A stretch of 63,858 nucleotides of DNA, counting the filler, from Octopus bimaculoides (Eukaryota), in NCBI RefSeq assembly GCF_001194135.2. It is 5 parts of 3 records of this genome, joined end to end, with 100 filler letters (N's around TTAATTAATTAA, not from the genome) between each part and the next. Parts side by side here need not be neighbours in the genome. Positions count along the whole stretch, not along the records: positions 30,759 to 52,811 come from NC_068985.1; 4 more parts are not named here. One strand, given 5' to 3'. Shown piece after piece: positions 35,501-48,010 of the stretch. Made by a program: the position numbers and the translations under genes. The notes under the pieces are model-generated. The model saw only the letters and a program-made list of their open reading frames with translations, ran no database searches and was not told the origin of the DNA. Positions within the stretch are counted from its first letter, which is position 1; each line of letters begins with the position of its first letter.

Positions 35501-38500
35501 CCTATGTAACCATGGAAAATCAGAGGTAACAGGATTTACATTAATTTTATTCCTTCATAATATAACACTGCTTGTAAATCTTCTCTAGAATATTATTTTT
35601 AAGTAAATTTATTCTAAAATTATTTTTGTTCATGTCTGTTTTCTACATAACATTCACTCTACATGACTAGGATGGCTTTGAAACTACTGTATTTCAAGCT
35701 GATTTCTCTTCCTAGTTTTTAGCATGCAGTTGTGAAATGCTATTTCAAAAAGTGGATGGTATATCATGAAATCATCATCATCATTTAACATCCACTTTCC
35801 ATGCTGGCATGGGTTGGACGGTTTGACTGAGGACTGGTGACGCAGATGGCTGCACCATGTTCCAATATGATCTGGCCGAGTTTCTACAGCTGGATGCCCC
35901 TCCTAACGCCAACCACTCCGAGAGTGTAGAGGATGTTTTTACGTGCCACCGGCACGAGGGCCAGTCAGGCAGTACTGGCAACAACCTCGCTCGGATGTTG
36001 TTTTTCATGTGCCAGTAAGGCAACACTGGTAATGATCACACTTGAATGGTGCTTTTTACGTGCCACCAGCATGGGAGTCAGTGAACACTCGGATGGTGCT
36101 CTTCGCACTCCACTAGCACAGATGCCATTCATGTGGCGCTGTCATCGAATTTGATTTCAATTTCACTTGCCTCAACAGGTCTTTGCAAGCAGAGTTTAGT
36201 GTCCAATGAAGGAAAGGTACGCAAAAGTTGGATGTTTACACCAATGGCATGGGCCATGGGCTATGGTCTCACTTGGCTTGCCGGGTCTTCTCAAGCACAG
36301 CGTATTTCCAAAGGTCTCGGTCACTACTCATTGCCTCAGTGATGCCTAATGTTTGAAGGTCGTGTTTCATCACCACATCCCAGGTCTTCCTGTGTCTACC
36401 TCTTCCACAGGTTCCCTCAAGCACTAGGGTGTGACACTTTTTCACACAGCTATCCTCATCTATTCTCACCACATGACCATACCAGTGCAGTCGTCTCTCT
36501 TGCACACCACATCTGATGCTTCTTAGGTCCAACATTTCTCTCAAGGTATTTACACTCTGTTGAGTATGCACAGACATTACACATGCAGCGGAGCAAACTG
36601 GCATCATTCCCTGCAAGTTTACGCATGTCCTCAGCAGTCACAGCCAATGTTTCATTGCCATGTAGCATGGTTGTTCGTACACATGCATCATACAGTCTGC
36701 CTTTTACTCTGAGTGAGAGGCCCTTTGTCACCAGCAGAGGTAAGAGCTCTCTGAACTTTGCCCAGGCTATTCTTATTTTAGCAGCTACACTTTCAGAGCA
36801 TCCACCCCCGCTACTGACTTGGTCACCTAGGTAATGGAAGCTATGAACCATTTTTAGTTTCTCTCCCTGGAATGTGGCAGAAGTTGTTCTCTGCACATTT
36901 TCAGTGTTTATTGCTCCTGTGCATCTGCCACATACAAAAACTAACTTCCTAGTTAACCTTCCTTTGATATTCCTGCACTTCTTATGTGTCCATAGCTTAC
37001 ACTGGGTACATCTTATGGAGTTTCTACCTACGCCTTTTCTACCGATCGAGCAGGGCCTTCTACCTGATGGGGTTTGTGGCTTGTCTGCCTTCCTACTTAT
37101 TAGGATTTTGGTTTAGCTAGGTTGATTCTAAGGCTCTTCAATTCTAATCCCTGCTTCCAGACCTGAAACTTCTCTAGTTCTGATAGTGATGCAGCAATTA
37201 GGGCAAGGTCATCAGCATAGAGGAGCTCCCAGGGGTATCCTGTCTTGAATTCCTGTGTTATTGCCTGGAGGACTATGATAAATAGGAGGGGGCTGAGGAC
37301 TGAACTTTGGTGAACCCCTACCTCTTCCCGGAATTCTTCACTGTACTCGTTGCCAACCCTCACCTTACTGACAGCATCCCTGTACATGGCTTGCACAGCT
37401 GTCATTAACCATTCATCTATCCCTAGTATCCTCATTGACCACCAGATAAGGGATGGGGAGACCCTGTCAAAGGTTTTCTCCATGTTAATAAAAGTCAGGT
37501 ACATATGTTTATCTGAACCACTATTATGAAGGTGTCAGTAGGAATTTTGTGATATTTGATACCATTTAAAAAAAATAACACTATAACAGAGTAACTTGCC
37601 AGGAAACTGAAATTCAAAAGGTAAGAGGAGAGACAAATGAAGATTATGCTGATGTGGGCACTATTTTCACTGATTTTGTGACATGTGAGAGATTACTGAT
37701 GTATAATGCAAAATAGTATCAATCTCCATTGGCTCTATTTGGTATCTCAAGAGAGAAAGAGATTGTGGTGGTCATTTACCGTTTTTTTTTTAATTAATTT
37801 TTTTTTTATCAGTAATCTGTAGCTGGAAGTGAGGATAGAGTCAGAGAAGTTGCCCTTTCCTGAAAATGAACCCACTGACAGACTCATTAACACAATAACT
37901 TTAAAAAAACCCCAAAACAAGTTTAAAGTGTGTAAAATCAAAACAATAATATTTTACATTAATTTGATATTAACTTAGTCAAGAAATTCTGATATGCAAT
38001 GAGAGTAAGAGAAATGATATAAAAAGCGGTGAGCTGGCAGAAACGTTTGCACACCGGGCAAAATGCTTAGCAGTCTTTCGTCTGCCGCTATGTTCTGAGT
38101 TCAAATTCCGCCGAGGTCGACTTTGCCTTTCATCCTTTCGGGGTTGATTAAATAAGTACCAGTTATGCAGTGGGGTTCAATATAATCGACTTAATCCATT
38201 TGTCTGTCCCCTCTGTGTGTAGTCACTTGTGGGCAATAAAGAAATAAGAAATGATATAATTTAATCGATAGCTCTGCCCTACCTCCATTCTCACTGCCCC
38301 ATCAAGCTCCCGCACATCTTATTCCCTACACTTGTCACAGTTATCGCTGATATTATTTGCCTACCATAATTACCTGAAAGCAGAATATGCACATCCTATG
38401 CACACACTCTTTCTTTCATTACCTTCTTGTTTCCTCCTTCTCCCCATAACCATTTCCATTCTTCAGTGACTGTTTCCAGCCATGCTCTCTCCTCTCTATC

Positions 38501-41500
38501 AGACTCCATCCTTAGAACCACTTCCATTCCAATGCTCTCTCTCCTCCCTGCTCTACTGCATCCATCCTTACACCAATTACTCCTAATGCCCTCTACTACA
38601 GCCACTTCTATATCATTTAACCAGCTCTCCTCACATTCTAATGAAATTTTCCCCCATTACTTCACCTATATTTCCCCACAACACTTAATGTGCTCTGAGG
38701 GTATGTCCTGACATATCCACCACAATCTCTCTCACTCTCTCCATCACAATCTTTCCTCTCTCTAACTCTTTCTTTTTCCCATCTTCTCCAACTGGGATAA
38801 AAGCATGTATCTCTATTCCTATATTATTTTTTTAACCTCACATCAACTGGCACAAAGCCACCTCCCTCAGTACCACTCCCCCCACCCAGTCGAGGGGACT
38901 AAGACAAAGTCCCCTTTTTAGTTACTTGGTGACCCTGCTGGTGTTGGTGCCACATATAAAGAACCCATTCCACTCTCTAAAGTGGTTGTCATTAGGAATG
39001 GCATCCAATCATAGAAACCATGCCAAAACAGACAATAGTGCTTGGCATACCCTCCAGCTTGCCAGCCACTGTCAAATTGTCCAATCCATGCCAGCATGGA
39101 AAATGGACATTAAATGATGATGATGATTTATTAATATAACAATACATACAAAATATATTAAAATTAAATACATACCAGTTAGGTGGTCTCAATTCTGATG
39201 AGAAATCTAATTTTTTGTTTTGTTTATATAAAAGGAACACATATCTATGAAATCCTGTGCCCTTGAGAGGAAATGGGGGAAAATAATTACAGATAACTTC
39301 ACCATTTTCAATTTGGTCGTTTGGAATATTACCTCTGTTGGAAAAGTAGATCAAAAAATTATTTGAAAGATTAAGAACTTATTTAGTAGAAAGATTACAC
39401 AACGATTTGAAATAAGAAAATTAAACAAAATTACATTAGTATAATAAATCTAAACAGAATGGTTAAAATATATTTTATACCACTTGGTTGGAAAGTCATT
39501 TTGATAATGTCAAAAAGAACAGTTTAAACAAGATTAATGACTACAAAATGAATTCTGTCAATTTGAAAAATCTGAATACAGAATATAAACATTAAATGAA
39601 CTAAAGAAAGTAAATCAATTTTTCATCATAAAACGATGAAGCTACTAATCTATTTAAACCAGGACAAGATCTTACTGTGAAAAACCATTTTACTTGTTCT
39701 TCAAAAACTTTACTATTTGCCCATCAAATGTATGGATGCAGGGAAGACTATATTGGACAAAATAAACTCACTTGAAAAATGAGATTAAATATTCATCATC
39801 AACAACTACATGATCCAAAAACTAGACAAATTCCACTAATTGTCCCTTAATGTATCATTCTACCAAACGTATAGAATATATAGTATGATAGAAGAGAAAA
39901 AAGGATAAGTAGTGTATAGAGTCATGAAAAGAAATATTTTGCTGAAATTTTTTGTAACAATAAGAAAATTGAAATATTATCACAAATTATTTCGTAACTT
40001 AAAACATGTGGATAATTTATGTTATTATATCTAATAACAAATAAATTACTTACATGTCTGCATTAATGGAAAATGCAAAACATCTTTCAAATTAATTGAG
40101 AAATGAAGCTATGTCATCTGCTGAAAGAAAGTAGCATGCAATCAAGCCTTATGCATAGCACTCACCAAAACACACGTAAAACCTGACATCACAGATGCAT
40201 AAATACACATACCATAGTATGTTGTATTGTGTCTAGTGACAGAAAAGACCGGAGCCATGGTGGCATTGCAAGGTACATCTATGAAAATCTAATGCTCCAG
40301 ATCCTTTTGCCACACTCAAACTCAGTGTGTGACACACTAATTGTACACATAAAACAATTCAATATAGTCATGTGTACTACATATCGCTTACCAGATGCTC
40401 CAAATCCTATTTGAAGACTGCTTTGGAAGACAAGAATGCCTTAATAAAACTAGAAGAGCACATCAGTGTACTTCACATGGGAGACTTCGACTTGCCTAAT
40501 TTAGGATAGCCTGAAGGCCTTCTTCTCTCAGAAATGATTCGATGTGAGCAAAGTCATGTGGAATCCCTGCTCAACCCCACCAACATATAATACTCCAACC
40601 AACTAGGGCAAGCAATATACACTTGATCTCTGCTTCTCAAACAATGTGGATCTCATTCATAATGTGGAAGTCACACTGACACTAGTCTCAGATCACAACA
40701 CGAGAGCTCACCATGTATGGAACAAAGGAACCCACAAATATGCAGCCTATGAGAAGCACCGAAAATCTATCCAATCTGAACCACCATAAAGCAGATTGGA
40801 AATCAATTGGGAAAGAGATCACCAAACGGGATTGGTCCCAATGTCTCTCTAAACCAGACATAGACATGAGATTAAAAACTTTTATGTCCATAATGCAAGC
40901 CATATGCTACAATATTGTTCCAGAGAGAAGGGCCACTGCACATAAAAACAAGATTCCCAGGGAGAGAAAATTTCTTATGAGACAGTATACAAAGATTGCA
41001 AACCTCGACAGAGAACTCAACAGCAGTGAAAAGTCCTGTCTGGAAACAGCACTGCTGGAGGTTAAGATGCATCTGAAATGCTCCCATGAAAAAAGGAGCA
41101 AAGAAGTTGTGTTATAAAAAGAAATATAAAATCAAACCGTAAAGCCTTCTTTAAGTACACCAAGGAAACTGCCTTTGTGTGTTGCAAAGTAGGGCTGCTC
41201 CTTCAGAAGGATGGTTCCTTCCTGGGAAACCCTATGATGATAGGTGAACTACTGAATAAACAGTTCAAAAGTGTCTTCACCCCATCCTTACAACACATGC
41301 AAGTTTATAAATCTGTAAAATTCTTTTCTACTACAGAAGCAGAAAGGGAAGCAATAACAATTGATTACATAGACATCAAAGAAGGGCATGTAATACTGGT
41401 AATAGATAATGTAGACAAAAACTCAGCTACTGTCCCTGATAAATTCCCAGCAATCCTTCTCAAGTCATTGAAATGAGCACTTGCAAAATCACTGCAGCTT

Positions 41501-44500
41501 CTTTTTCAAAGCTTCCTTGCAAATGGTAAATTCCTGGGCAAACCGAAGGAGGCTTTATTCACAAAGGAAGCAGAGCAGATGATAAAAAAACTATAGGCCT
41601 ATCTCAGTGACCTCACATATTCACGAAGGTCATGGAACGAATAGTCTGAAGGAAATGAATTGCATTCCTTTAAGAGAATGATTTGCTGACCGACACAACT
41701 CTTGCAGCACTACGAGTGGGTGCTAAAGCAGCAGCTCAACAACTCAAATATGTATGTGATATATCTGGACTTTGTAAAAAAAAACAAAAAAACTTTTGAC
41801 TAAGTCAACCCTGGAAGGATATGTCACGAGCTATGCAATCTTGACATAGTGGGGGAAAACTTGGAGAATGGCTACATGACTTACTAAAAGATAGAAATCA
41901 AGTAGTGGTGGTCAACAGGGCCAGCTGAAAGGAAATACAAATAATGAGTGGTGCTGTTGTTATTCACAGTGTCTTGGTGCCTTTGCTATTCATGTTCAAA
42001 ACTCATGTAATAATATCTACACTTTACATAAAGATTTGCATGTCTTTTGTTTATGTGAGTATTGTTTCATTCGTCTATAATAAGTTTGTAAACAAACATG
42101 ACATTGAAAATAAAACATGACCAAATTGTCACTTTGAAAACAGCTTGAGTGAGCAACAAGGACATAATGTAGTTCAATGTTTGTCTTAAAACAGTGTTGA
42201 ATACCTGAAAATGAAATCTGGAGTTTGCTACTACCTGTAGCAAGCCAATTCCTGGTAGGAAATGATCAATTTGTACCAAACCAACCGTTGAAGCTGTGAA
42301 GAAGCAAATGAACTGAAATCCCCACAGGAATGCCAGAAAAACTATAAAAAAGTTCTTGGTATTTTAAAATCATGAATGCACATGATTTATAAAGAAGATT
42401 TAAAGCTAGCTGCATTCAAGAAACAATCCTGGTAATTAATTCCAACAGCTTCCAAGAAGAAACAGCTCAACTGGGGTAAAACCATGTTAGATGAGAGGAA
42501 GTGTGTCAGTAAGAAAGTGTTGTCAATATACATATGTATTTATTTTTGGAATATACTTTTAATGTATATAGCTATATATTTTTATTGATTACTCTATATT
42601 GTTATCTATCTATATAGTTTTAATATGTTTGATGTATTGAATATACTTTCGTAGAAATTCATGTGTGTTGGGTCTGGGGGCTGGATAAATATAATAAATG
42701 AACTTGATTTACCTAACTCTGATTCTTTCTTCTGCGTTATTCTAACACCTCAGGTTTGAATATCCTGAGCACTTCAAAGTGAAGTCTATGCATTGGCGGG
42801 AATAATTTTCCTTATAATCATATATATATATATATACACATATATTGAAATGTATACACACACACACAATAAAGTAACCTATACACAGTCTGAGAGTAAA
42901 CACGAATTAAACACCACCGCTAGATATAAAAAGATAACAAAGAAAGTTGAAATAACACAATACTTACATAAACCAATGTAAATATTCCATAGTGTTATCT
43001 TGGAGATGTTCATCAGGAGAAGTCAATATCAATGACCAGAAAGAAGAATCTTTTTCCTCAGATGGTAAATTCAGCTTAATGTACGGCACAACAGAAGCCT
43101 ATTAGATAAGAAGTTACTTGTTAATAATACAAATATCTTTCCAACATATCATTTCTCCATTTGTCACAGTTTACTTATCTCCTTTATGAAGATTTAGCAC
43201 CCTATGATCAGCATTCACTAGTTCTACTGATGTATTTATAAGTTTTCATCTTCTGCAGATTCCGTCCACTTTAATCACCTGGAATTTCTTTACTCCAATT
43301 GGCATCCTCCATACACACCAGCAAAGTCTTCTCTACATCCACAATACATCCAATTTCTCTAATACCCAGTTTTTCTCTCACAGTGGAGCATGATAGGTCT
43401 TCATTTCTTTCCAAACTTAGCACATCCTTCATATTTAATATGTATTTAGTTATTGAGCAGCATTCCATTTGAATTGGTAAAAAAAAGTTCATAGTTGATG
43501 AGGGTATCATGTCCCAACACTTCAGTAGATATTACATCATAGTAGATCTTCATTGCTTTCTTTCTCTTGCATTTGTTTCCCATTATAGCACTTATGGAAT
43601 TCATTCAATTTTGCTTGTCCAGGACTGTCCATTGAAAAATTATCCTGTGTTCAGTTAGAGTTGTAGTTATGTTGAGGATGTTACCATAGGTGCAAGCATG
43701 GCACCTTGGACAAGCATCATACTATAGGCCCCGTCTAAGCAAAGGTTTGTGAGTGGATTTGGTAGATGATAACTTAAAAAGCCCATCATATATGCATGTA
43801 TATGTATGTGTGTGTGTGTGTGTCTCTCACCACCTGACAACCTGTGTTGGTGTGCTTATGTCACTGTAATGTAGCGGTTCAGCAAAAGACACCAACTGAA
43901 TAAGTACAAAGCTTATAAAAAATAAGAAGAAGTCCTGGGGTTAATTTATTTGACTAAAATCCTTTAAGTTGGTGCCTTAGCATGGCTGCAAGTCAAGTGA
44001 CTGAAACAAGTGAAAGACAAATTGTTGGTAAACTCTGCATTCCATTAGTCATGTAGTGTGGGTTTTGACTGCCCTTTCATCAAACATAAGATACTTTCAA
44101 CTACAGCCAACATAAAGTAGCTGCTTTGTATAATTTGCACATCCCATGCTACACGATTGCTCTTCATGATCTCTTAGCTCTAAGCAGATCTTTAATAAAT
44201 GTCTTAGCGACAAGCTCGATACTGCATCTTCTGTGACTTCCCTAAAGAATTTGTTTACCATGCGCAATTTGGGAGATCACTTTCCTAACGTATCTATTTT
44301 TCACAGCAATGCCATCACAATAACTGGGAATAACAACAATATCCTTTATTTCCTCACATTCAACCAAATTTATAGCTAAATTCCAATTCCTTCCATTGCT
44401 TCAACATTTTAATCATGGTTCGGGTTATGGTTACCCTTAGTTATCCTGTGAATCTGTAATTACTGATTCACACTAAAAGTATTTTCATTTTCGCAGTAAC

Positions 44501-47500
44501 ATTTTTTATCACTAAAAGCACCATCTGAGTATGGCCGTTGCCAGTGCCACCTGACTGGCTCCCGTGCCAGTGGCACATAAAAAGCACCCACTACACTCTC
44601 AGAGTGGTTGGCATTAGGAAGGGCATCCATCTGTAGAAACTTTTGCAAAATCTGATTGGAGCCGGGTGCAGCCTCCTGGCTTGCAATTTCTCAGTCAAAT
44701 CATCCAACCCATGCCAGCATAGAAAGTGGACATTAAATGACAATGATGATAAATATTGTTTGGATGACAGACTTTGTGTGGTTTCACCTTAATTATAAGT
44801 AATGATATTGATAAAATATTTTAAAACCAAACTGTATAATCATGTTATGTTTGAGACACTTAATCTCACTTATAAGAAATGAAACCTTTTAAAATAAATA
44901 TCAGTAATTTGGTCTCTAACAATGAGGCTAAAATTTTGAAAAATTATTATCATGTTATTAACCTACTTTATGTTAGATATTTAAATATTGAATGAAATGT
45001 AAAAAAATTTAGCAGGGTGCAGTGTCAACGACAATACATTAGTTCTAGATACTTATTAACTTGCAAGACAAAGACACCAATTATAATTGGTGTTTTTATC
45101 TTGCAAGTTATTTCATGACCCTGTTTCTGCTGGTGCCATGTAAAAAGCACTTGAGCTTGTTTCACCGAAAAAACATTGGTGTTGGTGCCATAAAAAAAAA
45201 AAAGCCAATACACTCTGCAAAGTGCTTGGTATTAGAAAGAGCATGCAGCTGTAAAAAGCAAGCCAAAATAGATGACTGAAATTTAGTGCAGTTCTCTAAC
45301 TTGCCAGCTCCTGTCAAGCCATCCTATCTATATAAGCATAGAAAACAGATGTTAAATGATGATGACAATGGATTGATGATATGTTTAAATCTAAATGTGA
45401 TTGTGTGAGTATAATGTATATTTGCTCTCCTTGTTCAACAAAATGACATAACATTCTAATTGTCCAACTTCCTACACTAAACAGGAAGTGAAAAAAATTG
45501 ATACATGATAGTAGTTTAGGTCATTTTTGTTTCTTTTTCTTTTTGTTTGTTACTTGCTGAGGTTGTAGGAGGCAACACCCATATATCGCACATCCCATGG
45601 TAATTCTCCAAATAAAGTAAAGCAAAACACCAAAAAATATGTTGGGAAAACTTGTTCTGTGGAATGTTGACAAAGCTCAATGCACTTCTGCATTAGATTT
45701 TTATACATTTTTTCAACATACCAATTAAAGATTTGTTTAAATATTACCAAGGATATTAACATTGAATTATTTCCGTCAGATTTTCCCACACTACCATTGT
45801 TATCCTATGAAAATAACCTCATTTCAAGATTTAACTGTATGTTACTAATACCAAAGAAAAATAACATTACTCAATCTCTTAACACACAATTCTTGGAATA
45901 TACCTGTTTCATATTCTTACTGGTTAGCTTTTATTTTAAATTCTTTGAACACTTCAGTTGTTTTTTCCTACATCACTTTGTGTGGGGTAGGAAGGTATTA
46001 CTGATGGCTTTTCTTTTGGACATTGAGTCAAATGGAAAGGAAGTTTGTCAAAAGCCAAAACATTGACTGTGTTAGATCAAAGCCTATCTAATCACATTTT
46101 GAATACATTAAAAAAATATGACTTACTTCAGAAGGGAGAATTTTGTTTCCATTATAGACTATAGTGGTAAATTCTTCATCATAATCATAAAAAACATTCA
46201 GTACTGGTTGAGGGTAGAAATGAGCATTATCAAAAAGATCACGGTATATACCATAATGTTTGGTAATCCTATGTACATTATTTGGCCATTGCTCTTTTAT
46301 TGATTCTTCTTTTACTTTCTCAGGATCAATTTCCACTAAAATAGATGATAAATAATGAAATACAATATTAAGCAACATTTGTGCAACTAAAATTTAAAAA
46401 GAAAATAAGAGCTATCTGAAGATGATATTACATTTTAAAAAATGGTGAGGTTAGATTTACAGATATAAGAGCTCATACATGAATTGACATAAGGTTGAAT
46501 ACAGAGGTATAAATTGTAATATAGACCTGTTCAATTATACAATCATGAGGAAAAATTTACAAAGTGTTGATTGAAATGATGGAAATAAAACAAAGTTAAC
46601 AATCAAAATATGTATTCTTTATTCAAACATAAGACGTTGTGAAAGGTTCTTATTGAAATAAATATTAACAGGATTATCATGTAAAAGTTAGAAACTGTTG
46701 AGTTGATACCATCATGTCAGGCACATCCTACTATGTTATAAATGCTTGCACTATAAAATAGTGTAGAGGACACTCAGAAGAATGTTATCATTTTCCCCAG
46801 CTATAATATTTTCTCTAAGTGAATATACCAGAACAGTGAATATTTACGATTAAAGCTGAACTGGGGGTTGCCTTAAACACTGGGACTGACATAATGGTAA
46901 CTGGACAGGCTCAGGAGAGTTGACCAAGTTTGTATTTGTTGAGTTCATCAGGGCTTGGTCAGAAGAGTTATTTGGGGAAAACCCAACAGGAACTTTATCT
47001 AATTCACAATTGTTCACTGTTTGATTATTACTGGTCATTTTCAATACCCCGTTGGGAACTTTGTGTGGTCTGTAACTGCATGGTGCTAGATCGCACAGCA
47101 ATACGTTATTTTCACAATCATCTGGATATTGGATATGGTCATACTGGGGTTTGATTCAATCAATTGATTGTCATCAACCAAAGGATCATATTTTGACTGG
47201 CAAATATAATGTCTCAATAAGACAGGATGTGGATTACTCAACTGTGTAGAAATTTATGTCCCATTTAGAGACCGTCTTGCAAAATTGAACATGCTTTTGT
47301 TGATGTACAAAATAGGGAGCTGATAATGAAGGCGAACTGGTAAAAGGCCCCCCACCCCAATTTCATGTCAAGTTTTCGGGAGTGACAGGCAAGTTTAATT
47401 GCCTTCCAAATTATACCATTATATTGTTTACACTGTCCATTCGTCTTGGTTTATAAGAGCCTGTTTTACTAGTGGCAATATTTTTACTGTGAAGCCATCC

Positions 47501-47976
47501 TTTCAATTCCTCCGACATGAAACAGTAGTCTGTATCCGATTGCACATAACTAGGCATACTGAATACAGAGAATATTGAGCCAAGACCCTTGATGGTTGTT
47601 GGAGTAGTAGTGTCCCCACATGGAATAGCGAAATGGAATCTAGAATATTCATTAACTACTTTTAAAATATATTTGTTACAAGTAGCAGATGGGAGTGGAC
47701 CTTTAAAATATAAGTTAATTCTGTCTACTGAATGATCTTTTTCCTCAGCTTGTTACTTTATATATATATATATATAGTTGGAATTTACCAAAAAAAAAGC
47801 AAAAGATGAAGACAGATGTGTAAACAACAAAAAGGTATATTAGTTTAACACTTGGGAAGTTGAGAAAATCTTTTACATTTCAAGCCTACACTCTTCAACA
47901 GAAAGGAACATGAGAAAATAAACATAGAGAGAATATAAAAAAAAAAAATATTTAGTAGCTAGTGGTCAATCATGGT

Positions 47977-48010
<34 letters not shown>

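Noticed and set aside
45680-46066. 128-aa hydrophobic ORF
   Set aside because: It is AT-rich intronic sequence antisense to MRPL38, with no domain and no splice support.
47820-47910. Possible third hammerhead-like motif (reverse complement ctgttgaagag..ttgaaatg)
   Set aside because: The catalytic core is not intact and the stems cannot be drawn convincingly.
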